Assembly: GCF_000179635.2 (NCBI RefSeq)
Contig: NC_014833.1
Coordinates: forward strand, 1,020,001 to 1,052,000
Origin: Ruminococcus albus 7 = DSM 20455
Lineage (GTDB): Bacteria; Bacillota; Clostridia; Oscillospirales; Ruminococcaceae
Length of the DNA stretch: 32,000 nucleotides
Reading direction: 5' to 3'
Made by a program: the position numbers and the translations under genes. Positions 16,546-25,010 of this stretch are shown piece by piece; position 1 is the first letter of the stretch, and every line of letters starts with the position of its first letter. Below the pieces are notes generated by a model. It ran no database searches. It saw only the letters and a list, made by a program, of their open reading frames with translations, and was not told where the DNA came from.

Positions 16546-17898
16546 ATGAAAAATAATACTTTAAAGAAAACTGTATGCGCAGCCCTTGCAGGACTTATAC
16601 TTACCATGACAGCCTGCGGCAGTGTGAATGAGAAGACGGACACTGACAGTAAACAGCCTGCGGCAGCAAATGCCGATTCCGAGACTACTCACGAAGCTGA
16701 TATCCCTGCACCTGAAAGAACAAACAGTGCCAAGCCACTTTCTGCCGAAAAGCTGGCAAAGTCAGATTCAGCACCGGATGCGGCTTTCTATGACAGTTAC
16801 AGCGATTATGCGGCAGAACTTTTCAGGCAAAGCTGTACCGAGGATATAAGAAACGGAAAAAATGTCATGGTCTCACCCGAAAGTGTTATGATGGCACTGG
16901 GTATGACAGCAAACGGTGCAAATGGCGAGACTCTTTCACAGATGCAGAAAGCACTTGGCGATATCAGTATAGATGATATCAACACTGCTATGCAGTATCG
17001 TCTTAACAAGTATGCTCAGGATAACGATATCAGTTTCAATGCGGCAAATTCCGTGTGGGTGCGTGATGACGAAAACGGCATTACATTAAGACAGGATTTT
17101 TACGATAAGGTAAAAAGTGCATATAACGCTGATACCTTCGCGCTGCCATTTGATGATGCAGCACTGAATGCTATAAATGGCTGGGTCAAGGAAAATACAA
17201 AAGATATGATTCCCGGCATACTGGACAAAATGGATGATCAGGCAAAGGCGTATATCATAAATGCCATGGCTTTTGAGGGCGAATGGGAAGAAGTATACGA
17301 GGATCACCAGATAAACGAGGATGATGTATTCACGAACAGCCGAGGCGAAGAGGAAACAGTAAGCATGATGTATTCCAAGGAAAACGGCTACTTTGAGGAC
17401 GAGGATACTACGGGCTTCATAAAGTACTACAAGGGCGGAGATTATGCATTCATGGCTATGCTGCCTGCTGAGGGAACCGGGCTTGTTGATTATGTATCGG
17501 GCATTGACGGTAAAAAGCTTTCAAAGCTATGGTCATCTGCAAGCGGTGAAGTAAATGTAAGCATACCAAATTTCAGCTTCGATTATGAAAATGAACTCAG
17601 TGATGAACTCTCAGCTATGGGAATGCCCGCGGCTTTCTCGGATGCCGCTGATTTCTCGGGAATGTCTGATACCGATCAGCTTTACATAAGCGATGTTATC
17701 CATAAGACCCATATTGATGTGGATCGCAGCGGAACAAAAGCTGCAGCTGTTACAGCAGTAGAGATGAAGTGTGCAGGTGTTATGGGGAACGATGAAAACC
17801 GTAAAGAGGTTTATCTTGACAGACCCTTTGCCTATGCTATAATAGATACCGAGAGCGGAACACCTATATTTATCGGTGCTGTAAATACCGTAAAATAA
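16546..17898 (+). CDS. Serpin-family serine protease inhibitor, predicted lipoprotein
   Basis: Signal peptide ending LTMTAC|GS (lipobox-like). Serpin motifs: NVMVSPESVMMALGMTANGANGET, the hinge GTKAAAVTAVE, and LDRPFAYAIID. AAGGAGGA RBS. Confidence 0.88.
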   Translation: MKNNTLKKTVCAALAGLILTMTACGSVNEKTDTDSKQPAAANADSETTHEADIPAPERTNSAKPLSAEKLAKSDSAPDAAFYDSYSDYAAELFRQSCTEDIRNGKNVMVSPESVMMALGMTANGANGETLSQMQKALGDISIDDINTAMQYRLNKYAQDNDISFNAANSVWVRDDENGITLRQDFYDKVKSAYNADTFALPFDDAALNAINGWVKENTKDMIPGILDKMDDQAKAYIINAMAFEGEWEEVYEDHQINEDDVFTNSRGEEETVSMMYSKENGYFEDEDTTGFIKYYKGGDYAFMAMLPAEGTGLVDYVSGIDGKKLSKLWSSASGEVNVSIPNFSFDYENELSDELSAMGMPAAFSDAADFSGMSDTDQLYISDVIHKTHIDVDRSGTKAAAVTAVEMKCAGVMGNDENRKEVYLDRPFAYAIIDTESGTPIFIGAVNTVK

Positions 17899-17933
17899 TG
17901 GCAGTTTACACAGTATGATAAGCAATAAATAAA

Positions 17934-17967
17934 CAAGACCCGCAGTAGATCGAACCTGCGGGTCTTG
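17934..17967. terminator. Shared terminator between the convergent serpin and dxs-like genes
   Basis: CAAGACCCGCAG / CTGCGGGTCTTG 12-bp perfect stem. An A/T-rich run lies on the left, so it looks stronger for the minus strand. Confidence 0.7.
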
Positions 17968-17974
17968 CGTTATA

Positions 17975-19735
17975 TCATTTGAGCAGAGCCTTTGCCGACT
18001 TTGCTATATTATCGGGAACTATGCCCAGCTCTTTGAGAAGCTCGTTAGCGTTGTAGCGGTCATAGAACTTCTTGCCAAGACCGAAGCACTTGACCTTCAT
18101 ATCGCTGTCGCCATAGAAAGCTGCGATCTTCTGACCGAAGCCGCCGTCAAGAACACCGTCTTCAAGTGTCACTACTACCTTGTGATTCGCTTTGAGTTTC
18201 TCAAGCAGTGCGGTATCCAGACCAGTGATATATCTTGGATTTATCAGTGTAGCGTCAATGCCGGAAGCTGCAAGTTCAGCCACTGTCTGCTCACCGATCT
18301 GATAGAAGTCACCGAGAGCTATCACTGCTATGTCCTTGCCCTGCTTTGTAACTTCAAATTTATTGAGGTCACTGTAATCGGTTGGGAATTTCTTATCGGA
18401 ATGCTGAACACCGTTGCAGGGTACACGTATTGCTACAGGATACTTTGTCTGCTCTACTGACCAGTCCAGCATAGCGAGATACTCCTCTGCACAGGTAGGT
18501 GCCAGGTATACCAGTTCAGGCATATTGGAAAGCATGGGGATATCGTAGATACCTATATGTGTAGCGTCGCTCATTCCCCATACCGAAGCTGAGTATACAG
18601 CGATGGTCACGGGGTTGCTGTTGAGGCATATATCCTGCATTATCTGGTCGAAGGCTCTCTGCATGAAGGTACTGTTTACACCGAAAACAGGCTTGCCGCC
18701 GTTCTTGGCGATACCCGATGCCAGTGCAGCTGCAGTTTCCTCTGCTATGCCAACATCAAAAAACTGATCCTTGAACTGTCTGCGCTTATCCTCACCAAAG
18801 CCCATAACACCTGGGGTAGCGGCATTTATACCGCATACTGTCTTGTCGGAGCTCATCTTCTTTGTAAGGTAGTCTGCGGTCATGGAACCGTAGCTTTCAC
18901 CGCTCCAGTCCCATTTGCCCTTACCTGTTTCGGGGTCAAAGGGCATATGCCAGTGCCATTCCTCACGATTCTCCTCGGCAGGCTTGTAGCCCTTGCCCTT
19001 CTGGGTGACGATATGCACTGCAACAGGCTTTGTGCTGTCCTTTACACTTCTGAATGCTTCTATCAGCTGAGGGATATCGTTGCCGTCTTTTACGAACACG
19101 TAGTCAAGCCCCATAGCTGTGAACAGATTTGTATCTGCCTTGCCGTTGCCTTCGCGGAGTGCTTTGAGGTTTTTGTACATACCGCCGTGGTTCTCTGCGA
19201 TTGACATATCATTATCGTTTATTACTATTATAAAATTGGTATCCATCTCACCTGCGAAATCTATACCCTCAAGGGCTTCGCCGCCGCTGAGAGAGCCGTC
19301 ACCGATGATAGCGATTATATTCTCCTTGCCGCCTGTCAGATCTCTGCCCTTGGCAAGACCGGCAGCAAGGCTGACGGAGGTAGATGTATGACCGATAAAG
19401 AACTGGTCATGCTCACTCTCGGGGGGATAGGTGTATCCGCATACATCATCAAAATGAGCTTCATCGGTGTAAGCGAGCCTTCTGCCTGTCAGCATTTTGT
19501 GGGGATAGGTCTGGTGAGAAACGTCAAACACCATTTTATCTTTTGGTGAATCAAATACATAGTGCAGTGCGATAGTTGCTTCTACCATACCGAAATTAGG
19601 ACCGAAATGTCCGCCGTGTTTTGTAAGGCGGTTCATCAGGGCATCTCGTATATCGCCTGCCAGCTGTTTCAGTTCTTCGGTGCTGAGTTTTTTTACATCA
19701 GCAGGGCTGTTAATGTTGTTAAGTATCTCGTACAT
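17975..19735 (-). CDS. dxs: 1-deoxy-D-xylulose-5-phosphate synthase family protein (short, divergent form)
   Basis: Collinear with DXS: GGHFGPNFG, DVSHQTYPHKMLTGRR, IGDGSLSGGEALEG, NDNDMSI. It is 586 aa and shows substitutions in the canonical GGHLG and DVGHQ motifs. Confidence 0.8.
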   Translation of the reverse strand: MYEILNNINSPADVKKLSTEELKQLAGDIRDALMNRLTKHGGHFGPNFGMVEATIALHYVFDSPKDKMVFDVSHQTYPHKMLTGRRLAYTDEAHFDDVCGYTYPPESEHDQFFIGHTSTSVSLAAGLAKGRDLTGGKENIIAIIGDGSLSGGEALEGIDFAGEMDTNFIIVINDNDMSIAENHGGMYKNLKALREGNGKADTNLFTAMGLDYVFVKDGNDIPQLIEAFRSVKDSTKPVAVHIVTQKGKGYKPAEENREEWHWHMPFDPETGKGKWDWSGESYGSMTADYLTKKMSSDKTVCGINAATPGVMGFGEDKRRQFKDQFFDVGIAEETAAALASGIAKNGGKPVFGVNSTFMQRAFDQIMQDICLNSNPVTIAVYSASVWGMSDATHIGIYDIPMLSNMPELVYLAPTCAEEYLAMLDWSVEQTKYPVAIRVPCNGVQHSDKKFPTDYSDLNKFEVTKQGKDIAVIALGDFYQIGEQTVAELAASGIDATLINPRYITGLDTALLEKLKANHKVVVTLEDGVLDGGFGQKIAAFYGDSDMKVKCFGLGKKFYDRYNANELLKELGIVPDNIAKSAKALLK

Positions 19736-19807
19736 ATCATCATCCTCGTTTCATATCTTAATAACATTTTCATAAAACTAAAATTGATCGTGCTGCATCA
19801 CTGTAAT

Positions 19808-19816
19808 ATTATATCA
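19808..19816 (-). promoter_or_regulatory. Extended -10 element upstream of the dxs-like gene
   Basis: The minus strand reads TGATATAAT about 70 nt upstream of the ATG. The -35 is weak (TACTCA). Confidence 0.45.
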
Positions 19817-20359
19817 CATGCCGTCAGCGATGAGTATAATATTTTTATAAACAAATAGAACAAATCTATATTGTGTGTATTATAGCCTTATAAGTATATA
19901 CTATACCGGTTATCCCGTTAACACAGCATCGCAAAGTGATACATAACAATGAAACATTGTGCAGATGTTATCTTTCCCACCGCCTGCAGCAGGGGAAGAT
20001 GACCGCCGGGTATTTAAAGTTTTGATATAACACAAATTAATTATGGTGTATCAGCGGGATGATCATATATACTATTTATAATAGCATTCTAAGATCTGTC
20101 AGCAGGAGTTTTGATGCAGGCTGTTTATAAATTATACCATATCGCTTGGAGTTTATCAAGCCTATTTATACGTTTTTGTGAAATTTATTAAGTCGAAAAA
20201 CATTTGATTAGCTGCAACAATGGTCGGCGGATGAGTATATATCAATAGATTTACCCCATTATACAGGCGTGTGAAGTGGTTGGCTGAACGGTCGATCATA
20301 TTATTTGATGATGTTATGTAGATGAAAATATTTTTATAAATTTAAAACGTTTAAGTGGA

Positions 20360-20388
20360 TTGACTAATTATAATAATTGTGATATAAT
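20360..20388 (+). promoter_or_regulatory. SigA promoter of the GGDEF sensor gene
   Basis: TTGACT (20360-20365), 17 nt, TGA-TATAAT (TATAAT at 20383-20388). Confidence 0.7.
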
Positions 20389-20440
20389 TCATACAAGGTT
20401 CCTTTGATATGTATATATTATTGAGGGCAGGTGATCCTTT

Positions 20441-21833
20441 ATGAATGATATGATCTCCCGAAAATCGCTGACGGTACGTATGCCGGTGCTTCTCACCATG
20501 AGCATACTTATGATACTTCTGTTTGTTCTTGCTGCTGTATTCATCAGATTCAGAGGGCGAATGATAGAAGACTATACCGACATGGGCAAAGGTTTGACTA
20601 ACCTTATGGCTGCCTAGATAGATCCCGATATGGTCGATGAGTATATCGAAAAGAATTTTGAGATGAAAGAATATAACGATGTTCGCAGAAGGCTTGAGAT
20701 GCTGAAGACCAATTCACCGAAGGTGCTGTATATGTATGTTTACAGATTCAAGCGGGACGGTGCTGTAGTCATATTCGATATGGACAGCGAGAATGGTGTT
20801 GCTGATGCGGATGCTCCGGGAGATATCTATCCCCTTGATCCTGAGCTTGAAAAGAACATTGATGATCTTGTGGCAGGAAATGAAACACCTGCGCTGATAG
20901 GCGATACTGAGGACGGTTACCTGCTTACGTACTGCAAGCCTCTGTTCGGTTCGGACGGAAAATACCAATGTCATGTCTGTGTGGACTTCTCGGTTGAAAA
21001 ACTCCACCGTGAGGATATGAGATTTGTACTGGGTACGATGATACTATCGCTTGTGGCAGTAATGGTGATACTTATAGCGGATATTTATATAGTACATCGG
21101 CGCATAGCGGGACCGCTGAACAAAATGAAGCTGGCGACAGACGGCTTTGCCTATGAGAGCAAGGAGGATCATGAGAACAATATCCGCTTAATGGAGGCGC
21201 TGGATATCAGGACAAATGACGAGATAGAGGATATATATCATCTGTTCCTGACGTTCATGAGAAATAATCTTTTATATATGAATCGGCTTGAAAAAGCGAA
21301 TGATACTATTATAGAAAAGGATACACGTCTGGGACAGGTGAGCATGAGGGCTTATTTCGATCCTCTTACAGGAGCGGCTTCAAAGGCGGCTTATGATGAG
21401 ATGTCGGCAGGAACGGAATGGAGCGGGAAAGCGGTTCGCTGTGCTGGTATACGATATCAACGATCTGAAATATATAAATGACAACTATGGGCATAATTCA
21501 GGTGATCTTTATATAAAGGGCTGTTACGGAATACTTTCGGAGGTGTATGAAAGCTGTGTGGTATACCGCATCGGCGGAGATGAGTTCGCGGTAGTGCTGA
21601 TGGATGAGTATTATGACAGAAGGAAAGAGCTGTTTGCAGAGGCGGCGGAAAGATTTGAATACGCAAGGGCTCAGACAGACCGTGAACCCTGGGAGAGATA
21701 TTCAATGGCAGGCGGTATATCCGAATACACAGGATCAGATAAAAGCTATGAAGATGTATTCGAGTGTGCTGACAGGGATATGTATGAGAACAAGGACAGG
21801 TTAAAGAAAAAATACGGTGTTAAACCGAGATAA
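20441..21833 (+). pseudogene. Membrane sensor diguanylate cyclase (GGDEF) disrupted by an in-frame TAG and a +1 frameshift
   Basis: The ATG at 20441 opens a 58-codon TM segment that ends at TAG 20615-20617, in the same frame as ORF 20630-21481. The GGDEF domain starts as DPLTG in that frame (21359) and continues in the next frame (FAVLVYDINDLKYINDNYGH ... RIGGDEF). The switch lies within about 21404-21432. Confidence 0.8.
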
Positions 21834-21860
21834 AAAAGACTGCTCAGGCAGTCTTTTTTA
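21834..21860 (+). terminator. Terminator of the GGDEF gene
   Basis: AAAAAGACTGC TCAG GCAGTCTTTTTT. Confidence 0.85.
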
Positions 21861-22231
21861 TGTCTGCATCCCGAAAGGGACTTATATTGCCGTTACAGCT
21901 GTCGAACCGGAAGAGGCTCAGGATAACCAAATATTGTGATTTTTTGGAAACGGCTGTAATTGTGATCCTAAAGTATGATGATCAGGAAAGTTTCATGTCA
22001 GATATCATCGGCAGAAAAGCCTTGAAAGGTCTGTGTTCAGGGGAATGACGGCGCAAAAAACAGAAGTGAAAATATTACGAAATTATTTCATACTGTTTAT
22101 TGTGATTTAAATGGTCAAAATATTTACATTTATTATTATTCGTATAATGTTGTGCGAAAAAGCCCCTAAATTCAATCAATATTGGACGGAATTTTTATGA
22201 CTGATGACCATTAATCGCAATAATTGATATG

Positions 22232-22245
22232 TGGAAACGTTTCCC
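22232..22245. promoter_or_regulatory. cre/LacI-type operator-like palindrome upstream of the xylanase gene
   Basis: TGGAAACGTTTCCC contains the perfect 12-bp palindrome GGAAACGTTTCC. It fits TGNAANCGNWNNCA at all but the last position. Confidence 0.5.
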
Positions 22246-22502
22246 GCGCAAAAAATGACTTGTATATTTTCGCAAATTTGGTAAACTTGAATTTAAGGAC
22301 GGTCGATTATTGCGAAAGCATTCAGATACTATATCACGGCCGCTGTATGATCTAAATGCGGGATGTAAACGTCGGCCGCGATGGTTTATCTGTGGGCCCG
22401 TGCTTTTGTACATATCCGGTGTAGTGTTCCTGATAAGATCATTTCACGATCGTCCGATCATAAGACATGAACTTAAAACTTGGAAAGCGAGGAGAATAGT
22501 TT

Positions 22503-24845
22503 ATGAAAACAACTGTTTCTAAGCGCATAATAAGCGCTCTTGTTTCCGGTGTGCTGATGGCAACGCCAATAATGTCGGCTGTTACAGCATCTGCTGCTAA
22601 GACACTCACTACGAGCCCGTCACACACACAGGAAGTCGGCTGGTACAATGACTACCACCATGAGATCTGGCAGGCAGATACTCCAAACTCTTCTACAATG
22701 ACACTGCACGACAATGACGGTGGTTTCAGCACACAGTGGAAGTGCGGTCCTAACAACTCGAGAGGTAACTTCCTTGCACGTCGTGGTCTGTACTGGGGCC
22801 TGAATAACCCTAAGACATATAAGGATTATAAGCCTTTCTACTGTGACTACGATTGCAGCTGGTATGCAGGTTCATCCGGTAACTCCCGTATCTGTATCTA
22901 CGGCTGGGCACAGAATCCTCTGGTAGAGTACTACATCATCGAGGACTGGAAGAACTGGTCACCTGCACAGGACGGTTCTGCACAGTACAAGGGTCAGACC
23001 ACTATCGACGGCAGTGTATACAAGGTATATACTACCAGCAGAAATTCTTACACCATTGAAGGCAACAAGAACTTCACACAGTATATAAGCATCCGTCAGA
23101 ACCTGAGAACCAAGGGTACCATCAGCGTTTCCGAGCACTTCAAGGTTTGGGAGTCCATGGGTATGAAGATGGGCAACCTGTACGAAGTTGCTTTCAACGT
23201 TGAAGGCTGGGAGTCCGACGGTCAGGCTGATGTTACTCTGAATATGTATGAGGGCGAAAGTGGCTACCATCCCGATCCCGAGCCGGAGGAGTCGGAGATC
23301 GAAGGTACACTGTACTCAGCTACATTCGAGAACGGCACAAATTACTGGAGCGGCAGAGGTTCTGCTAGTGTAGCATCATCTTCTTCCAAGGCTTATGAGG
23401 GCAGCAAGTCCCTGTATGTAAGCGGCAGAACTGCTAACTGGAACGGCGGCGAAGTAGAAGTCAATACATCTACTTTCAAGCCCGGCAACTCCTACAGCTT
23501 CAGCGCTATGGTAAATCCTGCCGAGAGCACAACTGTTCAGCTTTCCATGCAGTATGATCAGAACGGTACTACAAAGTACACTCAGATTGCTGAGGGTTCC
23601 TGCACAGCAGGCAAGTGGACCAAGCTGGAAAACACTAACTTTACAATTCCTTCGGGCGCATCCAATGTAAAGATGTATGTTGAAGCTCCCGACAGCCTGT
23701 GCGACATCTATGTTGACAGAGCTATAATCGCAGACAAGGGCTATGTTGCTTCCGGTGATACCCCGGTATACAACAATGCTAATGTTCCTTCCAACGTAAA
23801 GATGGAATACAACAGCCAGTACAAGCAGATGAAATTTACTTGGGACGCTGTAAATGGCGCTGACAAGTACGGCATCGCAGTATACCTGGCAGGCAAGTGG
23901 AGAGTTCAGGATTCCAACATCTCCGGTACTTCCTACACTACTCCCAAGGGACTGACACCCGGTATGTCTTACAAGGTAGCTATCGCTGCTAGAGTAAACG
24001 GCAAGTGGGATACTACAGCTGCTATTGACAACTATGTTGTTGTTACGACCAGATCCTACAACAACATTCAGTATCACACACCTTCTAACACAAACACAAA
24101 TACAAACACAAATACAAACACAAATACAAACACAAATACAAACACAAATACAAACACAAACACTAACACAAATACAAACACCAATACTAACACAAACACC
24201 AACAACGGTTACTATGTTGACCCCAACAAGCCTATGGTAGCTATCTCTTTCGATGACGGTACTGCACAGGGTTACTCCGGTCAGAAAATCATCGACGCTC
24301 TCTATAAGAACGGCTTCCGCGCAACATTCTTCTATGTTGGCAACTGGATCGGCAAGCCCGATCAGGTTCGCGATGCTTACAGCAAGGGCATGGAGATCGC
24401 AAACCACACCACTTCTCACCCCAATCTGACTGAGATACAGTCTTACCAGATCCGTTCTGAGTATGACAACTGCGCAAGCAAGCTGAAGAGCATCATCGGC
24501 GCAGAGCCTTCCAAGCTGATGAGACTGCCTTATCTGGCTTCCAACTGGCAGGTACAGCAGACACTGAACGATGTTCCCCTGATCAGCTGCGCTATCGATA
24601 CCCAGGACTGGAACGGTGCTTCTGCATACCAGATCGAGAACACTATCAAGAACGCTGCTAACAACGGTTCTCTGAACGGTGCTATCGTTCTTTGCCACGA
24701 GACTTATGACAACACTGCAACAGCTATGGAGAACGTTCTTCCCTGGCTGAAGTCTCAGGGTTATCAGGTTGTTACAATCTCTGATATGTTCAAGGCTAAG
24801 GGCAAGACCCTGAACGGTGGTCAGGTATACACAAGAGTTTCTTAA
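22503..24845 (+). CDS. Secreted bifunctional xylanase/acetyl-xylan esterase with the layout GH11 - CBM22-like - Fn3-like module - (NT)19 linker - CE4
   Basis: Signal peptide present. GH11: YGWAQNPLVEYYIIEDW and NVEGWESDG. The segment FENGTNYWSGRGSA...SLYVSGRTANWNGG is CBM_4_9/CBM22-like. The recurrent module is at 23784-24053. NodB motifs: SFDDGT, HTTSHP, RLPY, DTQDW, LCHE. Confidence 0.92.
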   Translation: MKTTVSKRIISALVSGVLMATPIMSAVTASAAKTLTTSPSHTQEVGWYNDYHHEIWQADTPNSSTMTLHDNDGGFSTQWKCGPNNSRGNFLARRGLYWGLNNPKTYKDYKPFYCDYDCSWYAGSSGNSRICIYGWAQNPLVEYYIIEDWKNWSPAQDGSAQYKGQTTIDGSVYKVYTTSRNSYTIEGNKNFTQYISIRQNLRTKGTISVSEHFKVWESMGMKMGNLYEVAFNVEGWESDGQADVTLNMYEGESGYHPDPEPEESEIEGTLYSATFENGTNYWSGRGSASVASSSSKAYEGSKSLYVSGRTANWNGGEVEVNTSTFKPGNSYSFSAMVNPAESTTVQLSMQYDQNGTTKYTQIAEGSCTAGKWTKLENTNFTIPSGASNVKMYVEAPDSLCDIYVDRAIIADKGYVASGDTPVYNNANVPSNVKMEYNSQYKQMKFTWDAVNGADKYGIAVYLAGKWRVQDSNISGTSYTTPKGLTPGMSYKVAIAARVNGKWDTTAAIDNYVVVTTRSYNNIQYHTPSNTNTNTNTNTNTNTNTNTNTNTNTNTNTNTNTNTNTNTNNGYYVDPNKPMVAISFDDGTAQGYSGQKIIDALYKNGFRATFFYVGNWIGKPDQVRDAYSKGMEIANHTTSHPNLTEIQSYQIRSEYDNCASKLKSIIGAEPSKLMRLPYLASNWQVQQTLNDVPLISCAIDTQDWNGASAYQIENTIKNAANNGSLNGAIVLCHETYDNTATAMENVLPWLKSQGYQVVTISDMFKAKGKTLNGGQVYTRVS
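24087..24206 (+). repeat. In-frame hexanucleotide/dodecanucleotide microsatellite encoding (Asn-Thr)19-Asn-Asn
   Basis: (AAY ACN) occurs 19 times. It includes five perfect copies of AACACAAATACA at 24093-24152. Confidence 0.95.
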
Positions 24846-24878
24846 TTGATACTCAGATATATCTTATATGTTAATATT

Positions 24879-24914
24879 ACGGAGGAGAGCTTGAAGTTCT
24901 CCTCCGTTTTATTA
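24879..24914 (+). terminator. Terminator of the xylanase gene
   Basis: ACGGAGGAGA / TCTCCTCCGT 10-bp stem, then TTTTATT. Confidence 0.85.
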
Positions 24915-24981
24915 TAAATGTATTGAGATACAGAAAATTCTTTGATTAACTGTGAATATTGTGAAAAATTAACCGAAATCA

Positions 24982-25010
24982 TTGACTAAGCCGAAAAAAT
25001 GTGTTATAAT
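24982..25010 (+). promoter_or_regulatory. SigA promoter of the 842-aa surface-protein gene
   Basis: TTGACT (24982-24987), 17 nt, TGT-TATAAT (TATAAT at 25005-25010). Implies a leader of about 160 nt. Confidence 0.72.

Noticed and set aside
20615-20617. In-frame TAG as a pyrrolysine or programmed read-through codon
   Set aside because: No pyl genes or recoding signals were seen in the window. The same gene also carries a frameshift, so decay is the simpler explanation.
24087-24206. Possible CRISPR-like or non-coding tandem repeat
   Set aside because: The period is 6/12 nt with no spacers, and the repeat is in frame within the xylanase ORF. It is a coding Asn-Thr linker.
23376-24698. 440-aa ORF on the minus strand
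   Set aside because: It lies entirely antisense to the well-supported xylanase gene. It has no RBS, and its product is low-complexity (CVCI repeats that mirror the NT microsatellite). It is an artefact of codon bias on the coding strand.
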